Assembly (NCBI RefSeq): GCF_001194135.2
Contig: NC_068990.1
Coordinates: forward strand, 73,743,968-73,796,492
DNA: 52,525 nucleotides
Origin: Octopus bimaculoides
Lineage: Eukaryota
Direction of reading: 5' to 3'
Made by a program: the position numbers and the translations under genes. Each line of letters opens with the position of its first letter. Positions within the stretch are counted from its first letter, which is position 1. The notes under the pieces were generated by a model. The model saw nothing but the letters and a program-made list of their open reading frames with translations, was not told the origin of the DNA and searched no databases. Below are positions 24,404 to 37,374 of the stretch, piece after piece.

Positions 24404-25550
24404 GGGTGAAAACTCACTGCTTATTTTGCTGAGTATGTTGGAAAGTGCCAGCTGCCCACAGCCAGCAGACTAAGGTGGCACTTGTTTAATGGTCATGCTT
24501 CAAGAACCCTGTGAAGAACTCTTGCAGTTCCAAGCAATGCTGATTTTTGTCGGTTTTCTACCTTCACACTTGCACCGATCTTTTTCAGCCATGCTGGTAG
24601 TTGAATGCTGATACTTCCAAGTGCATCAATTACTATTGGTATCATATCTTCTCTCCTCATTTACCACAACCTTCATATTTCCCACTTCAAATCGTCACAA
24701 TTGTTTGGTTTTTCTTCTTCCTCTTTGATCCTGTTGTCACTGCGGCATGCTATGTCAATTATCATACATGTTCTTTCTTTTTTATTCACCACAATAATGT
24801 TCGGTTTCTAATGTCTGGTCAGGTGATTGCACTGGATCATTGTATACCACAGCATTTTGAATTCTCATTCTCAGTGCTTCCTTCCAGAGCTTGCTGATAC
24901 CACATCTTTGCTCTTTGTAGTTCATGATTTCCACAGAGTTCCCAATGGATAATTCTCGCCACATTTTCATGGCATCTATTATATTTGCCTTGTGCCAATT
25001 TCGGGCACTCACTAATGATGTGCCATACCATTTCACCCCTCTCACCACACATTCTGCATTTGTTACTGTTGGTAGTGTTATCTATATTGTACTTCACGTA
25101 GTTAGTCCTTAATGCTTGTTCTTAAGCTGCACATATGAGTACTTCTGTCTCTATCTTCAGGTCACCCTTCCTCACTCATAGCCACCAGTCCTCTGTGTCT
25201 GTCTTCATGATCACGTCTCTTGCAAACTGATCGTACATTTTTTCCTTCCATGCTCTTTCTTTTTTGTGTTCATTTCTTCTTTAAATTTTTCTTTCATTAC
25301 ACAATTCTTCTCAGTTTTGATGATGCCAGCCTTCTTTACATGTTTCAACAATGGCATTTTTTATATACCACACTAAGCTGTTCTCCTCTGTTTTGATACA
25401 GTCCTGGAATCTGATCAAACCACTCCCACCCTTTCTTCTGGACAAGTACTGCCTATTGGTGTCACTCTTAGGGTGGAAAGATCCATGTACTGTCAACATT
25501 TTTCTAGTCTTGCATCCATTTTCACCACTTCTCTTTTTTGCCATTTTATA
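24404..25550 (-). mobile_element. R4/Dong-type LINE 3' part (RT thumb, CCHC knuckle, RLE), degraded
   Basis: KTRKMLTVHGSFHPKSDTNRQYLSRRKGGSGL (thumb), CRMCGERGEMVWHIISECPKLAQ..RCHENVARIIHW (knuckle), 3' end runs into (TAA)n at 24371-24403; homologous to 10473-11081. Confidence 0.92.
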
Positions 25551-25956
25551 ATTCCCACTCCATTTTCAAATATGTATCTATCAAACTAATTGTATATTTT
25601 TGCTTATAACCTTATTGTTGTTCCATTCTAAACCAAAATGTCCTATAAATGGAAACATAAAACTATGAGTAACAGTTTTTGTGATATTTTTGCTGCTTTT
25701 TAATAAAGTATATACATATATATGTATGTAAAGAATAAAAAGTTTTGAATGGTACAACAATGCACAATAACACAAAAAATGGACTATATACCTGTTGTAA
25801 TTTAGTTATCCATAGTCTGATGATATTTCGGAATACAATTCCTTCTTCAGATATTATTAGATGGAGCCGCTGCTATAATCTGTTTTCCAATGGCTTTTCT
25901 TTTATATATGTATGTATATCTATCTATATATGTATATGTATATGTATATGAATATG

Positions 25957-26018
<62 letters not shown>

Positions 26019-26179
26019 TAGACAGAGAGAGAGAAAGATATATAGTAAACGCCATTTTCCATCGAATTCTGTGTTATGTAATATGAAGGTCAATAGAAAA
26101 TATGTTAAACATTATAGAATTCCACATTACAAGCTTCTCTAACCCGTATTTTGCACCATTTATTAATATAGACTGAAAC

Positions 26180-26390
26180 AGGCCAACCAGATGACAGAAT
26201 CATTAGCATGCTGGTCAAAATACTTGGTGACAATTCTTTCAGCTCTTCAGGTTCTGAATTCAAATCCCACTGAGGTCAATTTTGCCTCTCATCCTTTCGG
26301 GGGGTCAATAACATAAGTACTAGTAAAACACTGGGGATCAATGCAATGGGTTAATACCCCTAAAATTACAAGCCTCCTGCAAAAATTTGA
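26180..26390 (+). mobile_element. Meta-like SINE, degraded
   Basis: gacagaatcattagcatgctgg...gaattcaaatcccactgaggtcaattttgcctctcatcctttcgg. Confidence 0.75.
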
Positions 26391-26701
26391 CTGAAAAAAT
26401 TTTAAATTTAAAGGAAAAATAATACATTTATCTAGTGTGATATTACCTGGATATTAAATGTAAAATACATTTTCACGTTGGCTGAAAACTTATCAGAAAA
26501 CAGAATGTAAACAACAAAAAACATATTCAAAATGGCTTTCTATATTATTTTTTAAATATTATATGAAGAGTGCAAAACACCAGCGTGCACACACACACAC
26601 ACACATGCGCAGACACACACACACACACACACATATATACATATATATACCTATATATATACATATATGTATGTACGTATGCATATAGATATGTACATAT
26701 A

Positions 26702-26740
<39 letters not shown>

Positions 26741-28645
26741 ATTATATATATATATATATATAGGTATATCAATCAGTGTTTTGCATCTAAATAGTGTGTA
26801 TGAGGGGAACTTGTGACGGATTGAAAAAAAAAACTTGAAAAAAATAAGCATGAGAACAAAATACACAAAAAGAGAAGGAAACTAACCTCTGAATAGATCT
26901 GTAATTAGGAATCAAAACTTTCTTTTCTGCCTTCTGATGTGGCAAGTAATTATTGTTTTGGCTTTGTGTTAGAGGAAAAAGCCATGTTGGCAGTATGTTA
27001 ATTAGGAGAAATGCATCAGTGAGAAAGTCAATTGAATGCATGAACTGCTGCTGAATATGACAAAAAGTAGCAGGTCTCCTGGACAATAATAGACATTTAC
27101 ATCAAAGACTACCTTTGATATCATCCATCTCACTGCTTATGTATATATCAAACTTCATTGTTCATTTAAAATGTTGCATTACAATAGAAAAAAGGAAGTT
27201 TTTGTTTCTTTAGTTTATTGTATCATGAAATAAACACTATATATATGTATGTATATATATATATTTGTATGAGCATATATATATATATGCTTTTATGTAT
27301 GTATGCTCAGGCATGGTTGACAACAAGTTAGCTTCACAATCTTCACGTGTTCAATCCTACTACATGGCACCATGTTTTTTAAATGTAATTTACTGTAGCC
27401 TTAGGCAGAACCATACTCCACGAGTGAAATTGGGTAAATGTAAATTGTATAGAAACCTGCTGGATTGCTTGTACCTTTAAGTCAATGATACCACTTTCTC
27501 AACATTGCATCGTGATAATTTGCCAAATAATAACATTAAGGTTACACAGGTCTTTGGAATGCTCAGCCACAAGCATATTAATTAAATTTAGTTGAGCAAA
27601 CAACTGAATTCCCTTCATTGAAACAGATGGAGAGCCATCCAAACATATATCTGTGAATGTGTGTGTATGTAAGTGTAAATTAATATGTGTGTGTGTGAAC
27701 AGATGAGCTCCAGAGATTCTTGGAATAGAGAACACTTAATAGCACTGAAATGACGAGAACTTAGACTCTGATGTCTTTAAGAAAGACCAATTCTGCAGGG
27801 TAAAGAGTGGCTATAAGAGGAATCCAGGTGAGCAGATATGGAGGCAATTATGCAGATAAACAAATTAAATAAAACAGCTTGATATGCAATATATATGTGT
27901 GTTTGTATGTATATATGTATGTATGTATGCATGCATGCACGTATGTATGTAGGTATGTATGCATACATGCAAGCAGAAAGAAGCAAGGACAGAAGTTTTC
28001 TGACGATGAATATTCGAGTATTAATATATAAATATTCATATATTGATAGACCAAACTTACATAGAGTATGAACGAAAGAGAAAATTAAAAGGGAGGAAGT
28101 AAGGTGTTATAAATCCGACAGCTGTTTCTGAGGGCTCAGAGATCCATTATAATGTTGGTAGTTGTAGTTCATAAAAATATGCAGGCCATAATGGAAGCAA
28201 ATATACATTGGATAAATCGAGCCTCCATCATCAGGGTAGAAAAAGATCATGATGCAGAGAAGTTTGAAGGTGGAATGTTTCCATTTCATCTAAGTATATA
28301 TATATATATATATATATTAATTGAACTACTGAAAAGGTTCATGAGTAGCACAGCAATCAATGTTTCCAATTAAACTAGGAACAGAAAATCAAATTGAAGG
28401 CTGGTTATTGTGAAGGTCATTGCACTTTAATGATCATAGAACATATAAGTTTGCAAGTGATGCTAAGTAGAGCTACTGAAGTGTTTTGGGAGTAGGTTAC
28501 GGATAATGACTACGAAATATAATTGCTGTACATGAACATGAAATTTATTGCCAGAAACAGCCACATAAATGGTGTAATGGAATTGAAGGAAGAGGTTGAA
28601 ACTTGCGTGTGTGTGTGTGTTTGTGCGTGTGTGTATAAAAATTTC

Positions 28646-28700
28646 AGTCAAATCGTCCAACCCATGCTAGCATGGAAAGCGGACGTTAAACGATGATGAT
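28646..28700 (+). mobile_element. ~55-bp 3' stub of the RTE-tailed retroposon
   Basis: cagtcaaatcgtccaacccatgctagcatggaaagcggacgttaaacgatgatgat, followed by (TA)n and a gap. Confidence 0.85.
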
Positions 28701-30007
28701 ATATATATATATATATATATATANNNNNNNNNNNNNNNNNNNNNNNNNNNNNNNNNNNNNNNNNNNNNNNNNNNNNNNNNNNNNNNNNNNNNNNNNNNNN
28801 NNNNNNNNNNNNNNNNNNNNNNNNNNNNNNNNNNNNNNNNNNNNNNNNNNNNNNNNNNNNNNNNNNNNNNNNNNNNNNNNNNNNNNNNNNNNNNNNNNNN
28901 NNNNNNNNNNNNNNNNNNNNNNNNNNNNNNNNNNNNNNNNNNNNNNNNNNNNNNNNNNNNNNNNNNNNNNNNNNNNNNNNNNNNNNNNNNNNNNNNNNNN
29001 NNNNNNNNNNNNNNNNNNNNNNNNNNNNNNNNNNNNNNNNNNNNNNNNNNNNNNNNNNNNNNNNNNNNNNNNNNNNNNNNNNNNNNNNNNNNNNNNNNNN
29101 NNNNNNNNNNNNNNNNNNNNNNNNNNNNNNNNNNNNNNNNNNNNNNNNNNNNNNNNNNNNNNNNNNNNNNNNNNNNNNNNNNNNNNNNNNNNNNNNNNNN
29201 NNNNNNNNNNNNNNNNNNNNNNNNNNNNNNNNNNNNNATATACATATATATATTCAACAAGATATGTACATTGTTCTTTTAAGAAAGTCATGTCCAATGT
29301 GACAAGAAGCAAAATGAATGAATTAAGAAATAAACGACTGAATATTATAAAGTAACTTTGTTTTTTTAAAACGTTATTTGTTGCAGCCTTTAGAAATGAT
29401 TTATAGATGATCACACTCAAGCTATGTTCTACAATTCACCAGCCACAAGGAAATTAGACAAAAATACATATTTTTTAAAATTTCAGTTATTGGAAGTTTT
29501 TATTTTTATTTTTATTTTTAACAAAACATTGAGATAGAATGTGTCAAAAAATTTGTTTCAGATATTATTTACTTATATTCGAACAATTTTTCCAATAAGG
29601 TTTGTCGTGTTAGATTGTAGAATTTAGAAACAACAAATCAATTGAAAAATAAAACATACACACTTTACAAAAAACAAAGAAAGCAAAAACAAAAAAACAA
29701 TCTATGCACCCAATGAAAGAGAAAAAAATATTCGTAAAATTATTTTGTTAAATATTTAATTAATCAAATCTTAGAAATCTTAAAGTAATGCTGTATACAA
29801 AATGGGATGATGGAGGAGACTCTGCCAACTAAGCTGCTTTTTATTGTTGTTGTTGTTATTGTTTTTCATGAGATAGCTTTGCCTGAGCAGACCTATGATC
29901 AAATCCGTTCTAGCTGTGACCACCCAGTTCTAGGTATACAATATCTTTACCTACGATATATTTTATCTGGGATCTGTATATTCTTCCATTTTAAGATGGT
30001 TGCCTAT

Positions 30008-30047
<40 letters not shown>

Positions 30048-30849
30048 GAGAGGGAGAGAAGAAAGGGAGAGAGATATAATGCTGATTATTTGGTGGTAGT
30101 CAAAGTCCTTATGAGCTTCTCATTGGTATTTAAAAGTGAGTTTCAATAAAATCTAAAATATTATGAAATTATATATTCTTCTTGGATCCTGGTGCTGTCA
30201 TCGTCCATAGCACCTACTTTAAGATGGCTCTGTTAGTAGAGGCACATGCATTTCGCTTTGGTACATAACTCACCAAGGAACTCTCAGCTGAGGAGTATTT
30301 TCGCTTTGCTGTTATGCTCACAGATAGTGGCTTCTATGTGATCACTTGAACTACTAGAAATAGTTGTCAAATATCACTCAAAGTATTCTGTACTGTCTTT
30401 AAGGAAAACTAAAAAAAATTATGGCTGGTTCAAATATCAGTGTAACATAAGAGAAAAGAAAATAAAAGCTAATTTTTGGAAGCATAACAACAAACATTAA
30501 TCATACGTAATTATGAATTTTTTTCCCCTGAACACCAACAAAATATTGATCTCGTAAGATGTCATTAGTATTATAAAGCAATAATGATAATTATAGGGCA
30601 CGTGGTCAGTGAATTCAGATGAAAACAGGACAGAATTTAGAAATGGACACTTTCAGGTCTTTATAACAATCTTGTTTAAGTTTACACACGTGAAAATTTG
30701 TCAGTTTTGGCCTTTCATTCTTTTGGGTTCGATAAAATAAGTACTAGCAGTAATCAACTTATCTCTTCCCGCAAAATTGCAGGCCTTGTGCCAGTAGGGG
30801 AAACACCTTTTGTCACCCTAAATATATAAATAATATGCATTGTGTAGCA

Positions 30850-31070
30850 TATATTGGCTTGAAATTTTTGCACAAGGCCAGCATTTTCAGGGAAGTGGGT
30901 AATTCAATTACATCGATCCCAATACTCAACTGGTACTTAGTTTATCGACTCTAAAAGGATAAAAGGCTAAGTCGATCTTGGCAAAATTTGAACTCAGAAC
31001 GTAAAGATAGACGAAGTGTTGCTAAGTGCTTTACCTGACGTGTTAATGGTTCTGTTAGCAGACTGCCTTC
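30850..31070 (-). mobile_element. Meta-like SINE
   Basis: cacaaggccagc...catcgatcccaatactcaactggtactt...aggataaaaggctaagtcgatcttggcaaaatttgaactcagaacg. Confidence 0.8.
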
Positions 31071-31695
31071 ATCACAGAACATATATTGAAACATTGTTGT
31101 TATTAAAATTCTTCGTTGAAGTTAAGTTACTGATTCCAAATGCCATGAGAGCTAAAATGAATTATTCTTTCCTTGTTTCCTGTTTCAATTTGTTTACGCA
31201 TCTAAAATATTCAGATATAATCCTGTAAGAGATAGGTAAGAAAATTTATACATGTGAGTGAGAGAGAGGGTTATATAAGAAGAAGGACTGAAAGAGAAAA
31301 ATAGCTTGACGCGAAATTCCTATAATGTTTTTTACACTTTAAACTAACACTCCTATTCAACTACCACCTTATTGCAACTTTCTGTATCGATATTATTTAT
31401 CATAACTCAACCGTGATTTACCTGAGACGGATCCCAGACCCACGATTTTTTCTTTGGGCATTACTTTCTTATGTTTCTTCAGTGTCTCACTGGAGAACTT
31501 GATGAGGATTCGTTAATAAATAACGATGCTGCCTCAAACATCGATGCTTCTAGATAACGATATATATATATATATATATATANNNNNNNNNNNNNNNNNN
31601 NNNNNNNNNNNNNNNNNNNNNNNNNNNNNNNNNNNNNNNNNNNNNNNNNNNNNNNNNNNNNNNNNNNNNNNNNNNNNNNNNNNNNNNNNNNNNNN

Positions 31696-31736
<41 letters not shown>

Positions 31737-32489
31737 CATACAGAGCCACACTGTGCCTCTATAATGTATATTAATGTAAGGTATATATAAAGTGAATATA
31801 TGTGAGTGAAGTGTATGTATACAGATGCGTGCAAAGTATCAACGTTATAACCATTACTTCAAAGTGCACATGAAACACTCAGTATTAATGAAACTTTGAA
31901 ATATTGAAATAGGAGTGGAAACATAAAAATATAAAAAAAAAACAACAAACAATTGCACATATTCAAGTGGATACTCTATGAACTTAATCGACGAAAAAAT
32001 ACATACATATAAAATTGTAAGATTAATAATTTCCTGAGAGTAAAAATATTATTGCTAAGTCTTGAGACGTTCGCTGTAAACAAGATTCGATCATATAACA
32101 AAAAGCATGAATGTTACAGAAGAGATGAAAGACTACTGAGAAGATTCCTTCATAAATAAAACGTTAAATGAATAAAATACACCGACAAACTTAAACTTAC
32201 ATGTTGAAAAGATTAAAGATAATTAAAAAAAAAACTGTACTTATGTTGGATAATTTATTTTTCGAATGTAAGCATTGGTAGGCGACAGCAAAAGGGCTAA
32301 TAATTAATGAGTAAATTTTACTTCCCTTGGGAACTTTTGAAATACAGGATTAAAGATGATAAAACGTGATACACACGCTGCCCTATCAAGAGACTTCTCC
32401 TTAAAAGGAGTGATGTATACACGTATGAGAAAGGAAAAAAAATACTTCAATGACTACAAATAAATTAGGTTATCTGTGGTAAGGACTTT

Positions 32490-32712
32490 GCTGAATCCGG
32501 AACCACATGGTTCCGGGTTCAGTCCCACTGCGTAGCATCTTGAGCAAGTGTCTTCTACTATAGACTCGGGCCGATCAAAGCCTTGTGAGCGGATATCATA
32601 GACGGAAACTGAAAGAAGGACATCAGTCCTGGGGTCGATTTCTTCGAATAAAAACCTTTAAGGCGGTGCTCCAGCATGGCTGCAGTCAAATTACTGAAAG
32701 AAGTAAACGAAT
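32490..32712 (+). mobile_element. CORE-like SINE with internal deletion; CpGs retained
   Basis: ggaaccacatggttccgggttcagtcccactgcgtagc...gtcctggggtcgat...ggcggtgctccagcatggc. Confidence 0.85.
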
Positions 32713-32855
32713 GAATATATATAAACGTGTATATATATATATATAAAGGATAAAGACTCATTCGGTCATGAATAACCATGAGATTGCACCTAGAAAGTTC
32801 CCCTCCGAGGCACAAGTTCGGGCAAGGTTGTTTATGGAAAACCAGCAGTTGCCCA

Positions 32856-32923
<68 letters not shown>

Positions 32924-33019
32924 TTTATATATTATTTATTATAGGACAGAAAAACGGATCAAGTCGATTATATCGACTCCAGTGCGTATGAAAAGAATGG
33001 CGATAGCAGTTTTGTATCT

Positions 33020-33180
33020 AATGGCGATAGGTAGTTTCACTACACTTATTTAATCGACCCCGAAAGGATGAAAGGCAAAGTCGACCTCGCCAGAATTTGA
33101 ACTCAGAACATAAAGACCGACGAAATACCGTTAAGCATTTCGCCCGGCGTTCTAAAGTCTCTGCCAACTCGCCGCCTTCG
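33020..33180 (-). mobile_element. Meta-like SINE 5' part; CpGs retained
   Basis: cgaccccgaaaggatgaaaggcaaagtcgacctcgcc...ttcgcccggcg...ccaactcgccgcctt. Confidence 0.85.
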
Positions 33181-33720
33181 CAGACAGTATTAATGACGAT
33201 CTAGTAGGACCTTTTGGTCTTATTTGCTTTCGAAATCGTGGGTTTCTTTCTGAACCTCTTTATCAATACCAAAGTACTGTTCTTACGTAATATGATGTAA
33301 TATTTTTCTTCTTATACTTATTTCAGTCGTTAGAATGTGGCCATGCTGGGGCATCACCTTATGGTGACATATCCATACAATATGCAACATCTCTAATAGT
33401 AACACACTGAAGCTTAATAACTTCTCTTTTAACAGCCTTCCTTGCAACCGCAGAAATATTTTTAGGTCTAGAATTCATCGTCAATCTATTTTTACAGAAC
33501 GTTATTTAGTGTTTGGTGACAAATCAATATTTAAAAATATGTGATTTAGCTCGCCAAAACTTTCCAGATTGATACCAACCAAAGACTTGTCTGCACGATG
33601 GATTAGCTGGCCGAAACTTCGAAGGCACTGTCTACAACATTCTTGTTTAAGAATTATATACATACATACATACATACACAACACACACACACACACATAC
33701 ACACACACACACACACACAT

Positions 33721-33893
33721 ATCGTGAAGTATATTTGTCACCTAAATGTGGCTGACCCATATTGGACAATGCTACTGTTGTTTATAGACCCAGGAAGACA
33801 TCTCCTCCAGTTGGATAACGACATACTGTCTGTGTCCGATCAGTATTTCCCATATGGGTCAGCCACATTTAGGTGGCAAATATACTTCACGAT
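33721..33893. repeat. Inverted repeat: 42-bp arms (41/42 identical) with 89-bp spacer; possible MITE
   Basis: 33721-33762 ATCGTGAAGTATATTTGTCACCTAAATGTGGCTGACCCATAT versus the reverse complement of 33852-33893. Confidence 0.9.
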
Positions 33894-34587
33894 GTTGTGC
33901 TGCTACTGTTTACATCTCGCTCAGAGATTTATTATTGCTTGCTTCTCCTTTTTCGAGATCAGTGACGGTTTGTCACTGGAAAAAGCATATAGTATTTTTC
34001 GTTTGGAATTATCTCTTATCCCTAGCTGTTGATTGTCACACGCTGATGACGGGTTACTACCCAGAAATCCAGGTCCGTGTGTATCACGTAAGGCTAGAGA
34101 TGGGAACGATAATTTCCCTTGGCAAATAGAATTTCATTCTCCGATGTTCCTAAACTATCATCCTTCCTTCTAAATTCTTTGCTTTTTTCTATAATTCTTT
34201 CAATAATTTGTAATAATTTACCCTTCTTTTTATACACTTACTATCTCACTCTTTTTGTACCCCTTCCTCAGCTTCTCCTTTCTTCTTTTTTCTTTCTGAT
34301 GAAGTACTAACGTTCAAAACGTTAAGATACACTTAGTTCAGTTTCTTGAATAGTAATCTAATGATATATTTGAAATTTTGCTCTGTTCTTTATAATGTAA
34401 ATTGTCCTTACAACACATGCACACCCACACCCACACAAACACACACATAAACACACGCACACAAACACACACACACACACACACATATACGCGTGTAAAT
34501 AACGTATAAGAACATATATAAATATACACATATGGATTTATATGTGTATATAAAACTTCATTTTCGAATTATGCAAATCTTTATCTT

Positions 34588-34687
34588 GGAGGCTGGTGTT
34601 GCCATCCGGTTTCACCAGTCCTCAGTCAAATCGTCCAACCCATGCTAGCATGGAAAGCGGACGTTAAACGGTGATGATGATGATGAT
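34588..34687 (+). mobile_element. Young 5'-truncated RTE-tailed retroposon with short TSD
   Basis: Nearly identical to the reverse complement of 15600-15690; ATCTT at 34583-34587 and 34688-34692. Confidence 0.85.
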
Positions 34688-34896
34688 ATCTTATTCCATG
34701 CTTATACTTTAAGTATTTATTGAGTGGACTAAACTTGTTACCTGTTTTACAACTACCTCCGCCACCACCATCACATAAAAGTTTGTGGTTTGATGATTCC
34801 CTCCTGCATGTCTGCCACCAGTTTCAATGGTCCTCTAACAGATCATGAGTACTTCCTTTTTCCTTAACTAAAAGATAAGGTATAAATCTTTGCTGC

Positions 34897-35087
34897 CGGC
34901 ATGGCTGTGTGGTAAGAAGCTTGCTTCCCAACCACATTGGTTCTGGGTTCAATCTCACTGTGTGGCACCTAGGGCAAGTGTGTTCTACTATAGCCTCGGA
35001 CTGACCAAAACCTTGTGAGTGGTTTTGGCAGGCAGAAACTGAAAGAAGTCTGTCGTACATACACACACATACACACACACATATATT

Positions 35088-35152
<65 letters not shown>

Positions 35153-35492
35153 CTTTGTGTGTGTGTCTTTGTGTGTGTCTTTGTGTCTGTGTTTGTCCCC
35201 CATCTCTNNNNNNNNNNNTATATATATATGTGTGTGTGTGTGTGTGTCTTTGTGTGTGTGTCTTTGTGTGTGTCTTTGTGTCTGTGTTTGTCCCCCATCT
35301 CTTGCTTGACAACTGACATTGGTGTATTTATGTCTCCATAACTCAGTGGTTCAGCAAAAGTGACTGATAGAATAAGTGCTAGGCTTACAAAGAATAAGTC
35401 CTGAGAACGATTTGTTTGACTAAAACTCATGAAGGTGGTGCTCCAGTATGGCCACAACCAAATGACCGAAACAAGTAAAATAGTAAAAGAAT
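34897..35492 (+). mobile_element. Full-length CORE-like SINE (internal block duplicated across a short N gap)
   Basis: gcatggctgtgtggtaagaagcttgc head through ccgaaacaagtaaaa tail. Confidence 0.85.
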
Positions 35493-35924
35493 ACATTAAA
35501 AATGTAACTCACATTTTAAACTAAAAACTTTTGAATTCATTTATTACTTTTAAGCAGTAGAATCTACAACTAGACTCCACCAGTTTGCTAACAGACACAC
35601 CATTAGCTACTGGATGTATTTCTTACACATGTTGTGTTTCATAGCCACAGGCAATATAACATATTCATTAGTAAATAACTAGATATCTCAAGGCTACTGC
35701 TTTCAGTATCTTTAAGTATATTTGTACATCTCCCATCATGGCTCAGATGTTTATATTTTAATTTGTCTTATTGTTAACGAGTAGTTATGGTACATTAATC
35801 TATTAAGTTTGAACTTCTTCCATAGCTGCAATTGTTTGTTTGGAGGATATTGCCTCTTTTATATCTTATTCTGCAATATTCATGTATACTGTTGATTATA
35901 CCTTCTTACATGTGAAATGATGTT

Positions 35925-36150
35925 TATGTGAGTCGGTGCCACGTAAAAAAGCACCCAATACACTCTGTAAAGTTTGGTTGGCATTAGGAAGAACAACCAG
36001 CTGTAGAAACCATACCAGAACAAGACAATTGGAACCTGGTGCAGCTCTCTGATTGGCCCAGTTCCTGTCAAACTGGTCAACCCATGCCAGCATGGAAAAC
36101 AGTCGTTAAATGATGACGATGGTAATGATAATGATGATGATGATGATTTG
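35925..36150 (+). mobile_element. RTE-tailed retroposon (one 5' monomer)
   Basis: ggtgccacgtaaaaaagcaccc...ggttggcattaggaag..ccagctgtagaaac...ccatgccagcatggaaaacagtcgttaaatgatgacgat. Confidence 0.85.
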
Positions 36151-36290
36151 TAAAGATTTAGTCATTGAGAGATGAATGTATACTCTTTATTTTAATGCAT
36201 TGTGTTCTTTGTGAAACTGTAGTCTTCTCAATCTTCTTTCAAGCATACATATATTCAAGAACACACACACACACGCAGGCACACACACAC

Positions 36291-36333
<43 letters not shown>

Positions 36334-37374
36334 GTGTGTGTGTATGTGTGTGTGAATGTAAAGCCTGAATATAGACATATGTACAAATTGTCAATGTTAG
36401 AAACATTATTTAAAAAAAAGCTCATGAAACTTCAGATGTTAAAAGAACATTGATATAAAGAAATATGAATAGACATACAGAAATAGACATAAACAAATCT
36501 ACATACTGATATGGCTATTCTAAGTGGTTAGTCAATGGACAAATACATAAAAATAAAAGATTAATAATTTTGTGAAATTAAAAATTACATTGACAAGCCT
36601 AGAGATATAACATAACAAAATGCTTCAATAATGCATACAGTAGAGATGAAAGATTACTTAGCAACATTAATAGTAAATATATCTTTAAATAAATAAAATA
36701 TAACGACAGTCTTAATCTTGTATGCTGAAATGATTAAAGACAATTTTTAAAAAGTAGTAATGTAAGAAAATTTTTACTTTGAATTTAAGTGTTTATGGGT
36801 GAATGCAAAAGTACTGATTAACCTCACTTCCCAGGAAATTGTAAAAATACATGATTATGTATAATGGGAAAGAGACACACATACTTCTCTAGGAAGATGC
36901 CTTACCATACAAAGGGCAGTGAATATATATGTACAAAAAGAAAAAAGAAAAGGAAAGAAACAAAGAATATTGTCTACAAAGACATTAAATGAAATGTACT
37001 AAAGTGTTGGAGTAGAACACGAGAATTTTAATTAAAAATGTCAACTAACTGATTCATTAATTCCAAATATTGACTTTACAGCAGGTAATGTCTGCTTCAT
37101 GTTGTAGTTATATATCTGTTCCCTTTGCTTGTTCCATATTCATCTCAGACAGGAAGCTTGTTTATATTGAAAGTAGTGAAGATAACCAAAAGTAGAAATT
37201 GCACTAGACATCAACTAAGGTCACTTTCATGTGATGCCTAGTTGAATTTCTTACTGTATGTTTTCTGCTCTATCACTGGAGCCACTATGAGTCTACAGGT
37301 AGGTGTGTTGGCGCCACATTGAATCACTTGCTGAGAGGACGCTAAAAGCATGTCATTATGGAGTATTGCACTAA

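Noticed and set aside
35118-35300. Apparent tandem duplication inside a SINE
   Set aside because: Nearly identical blocks flank a short N gap, typical of an unmerged contig overlap.
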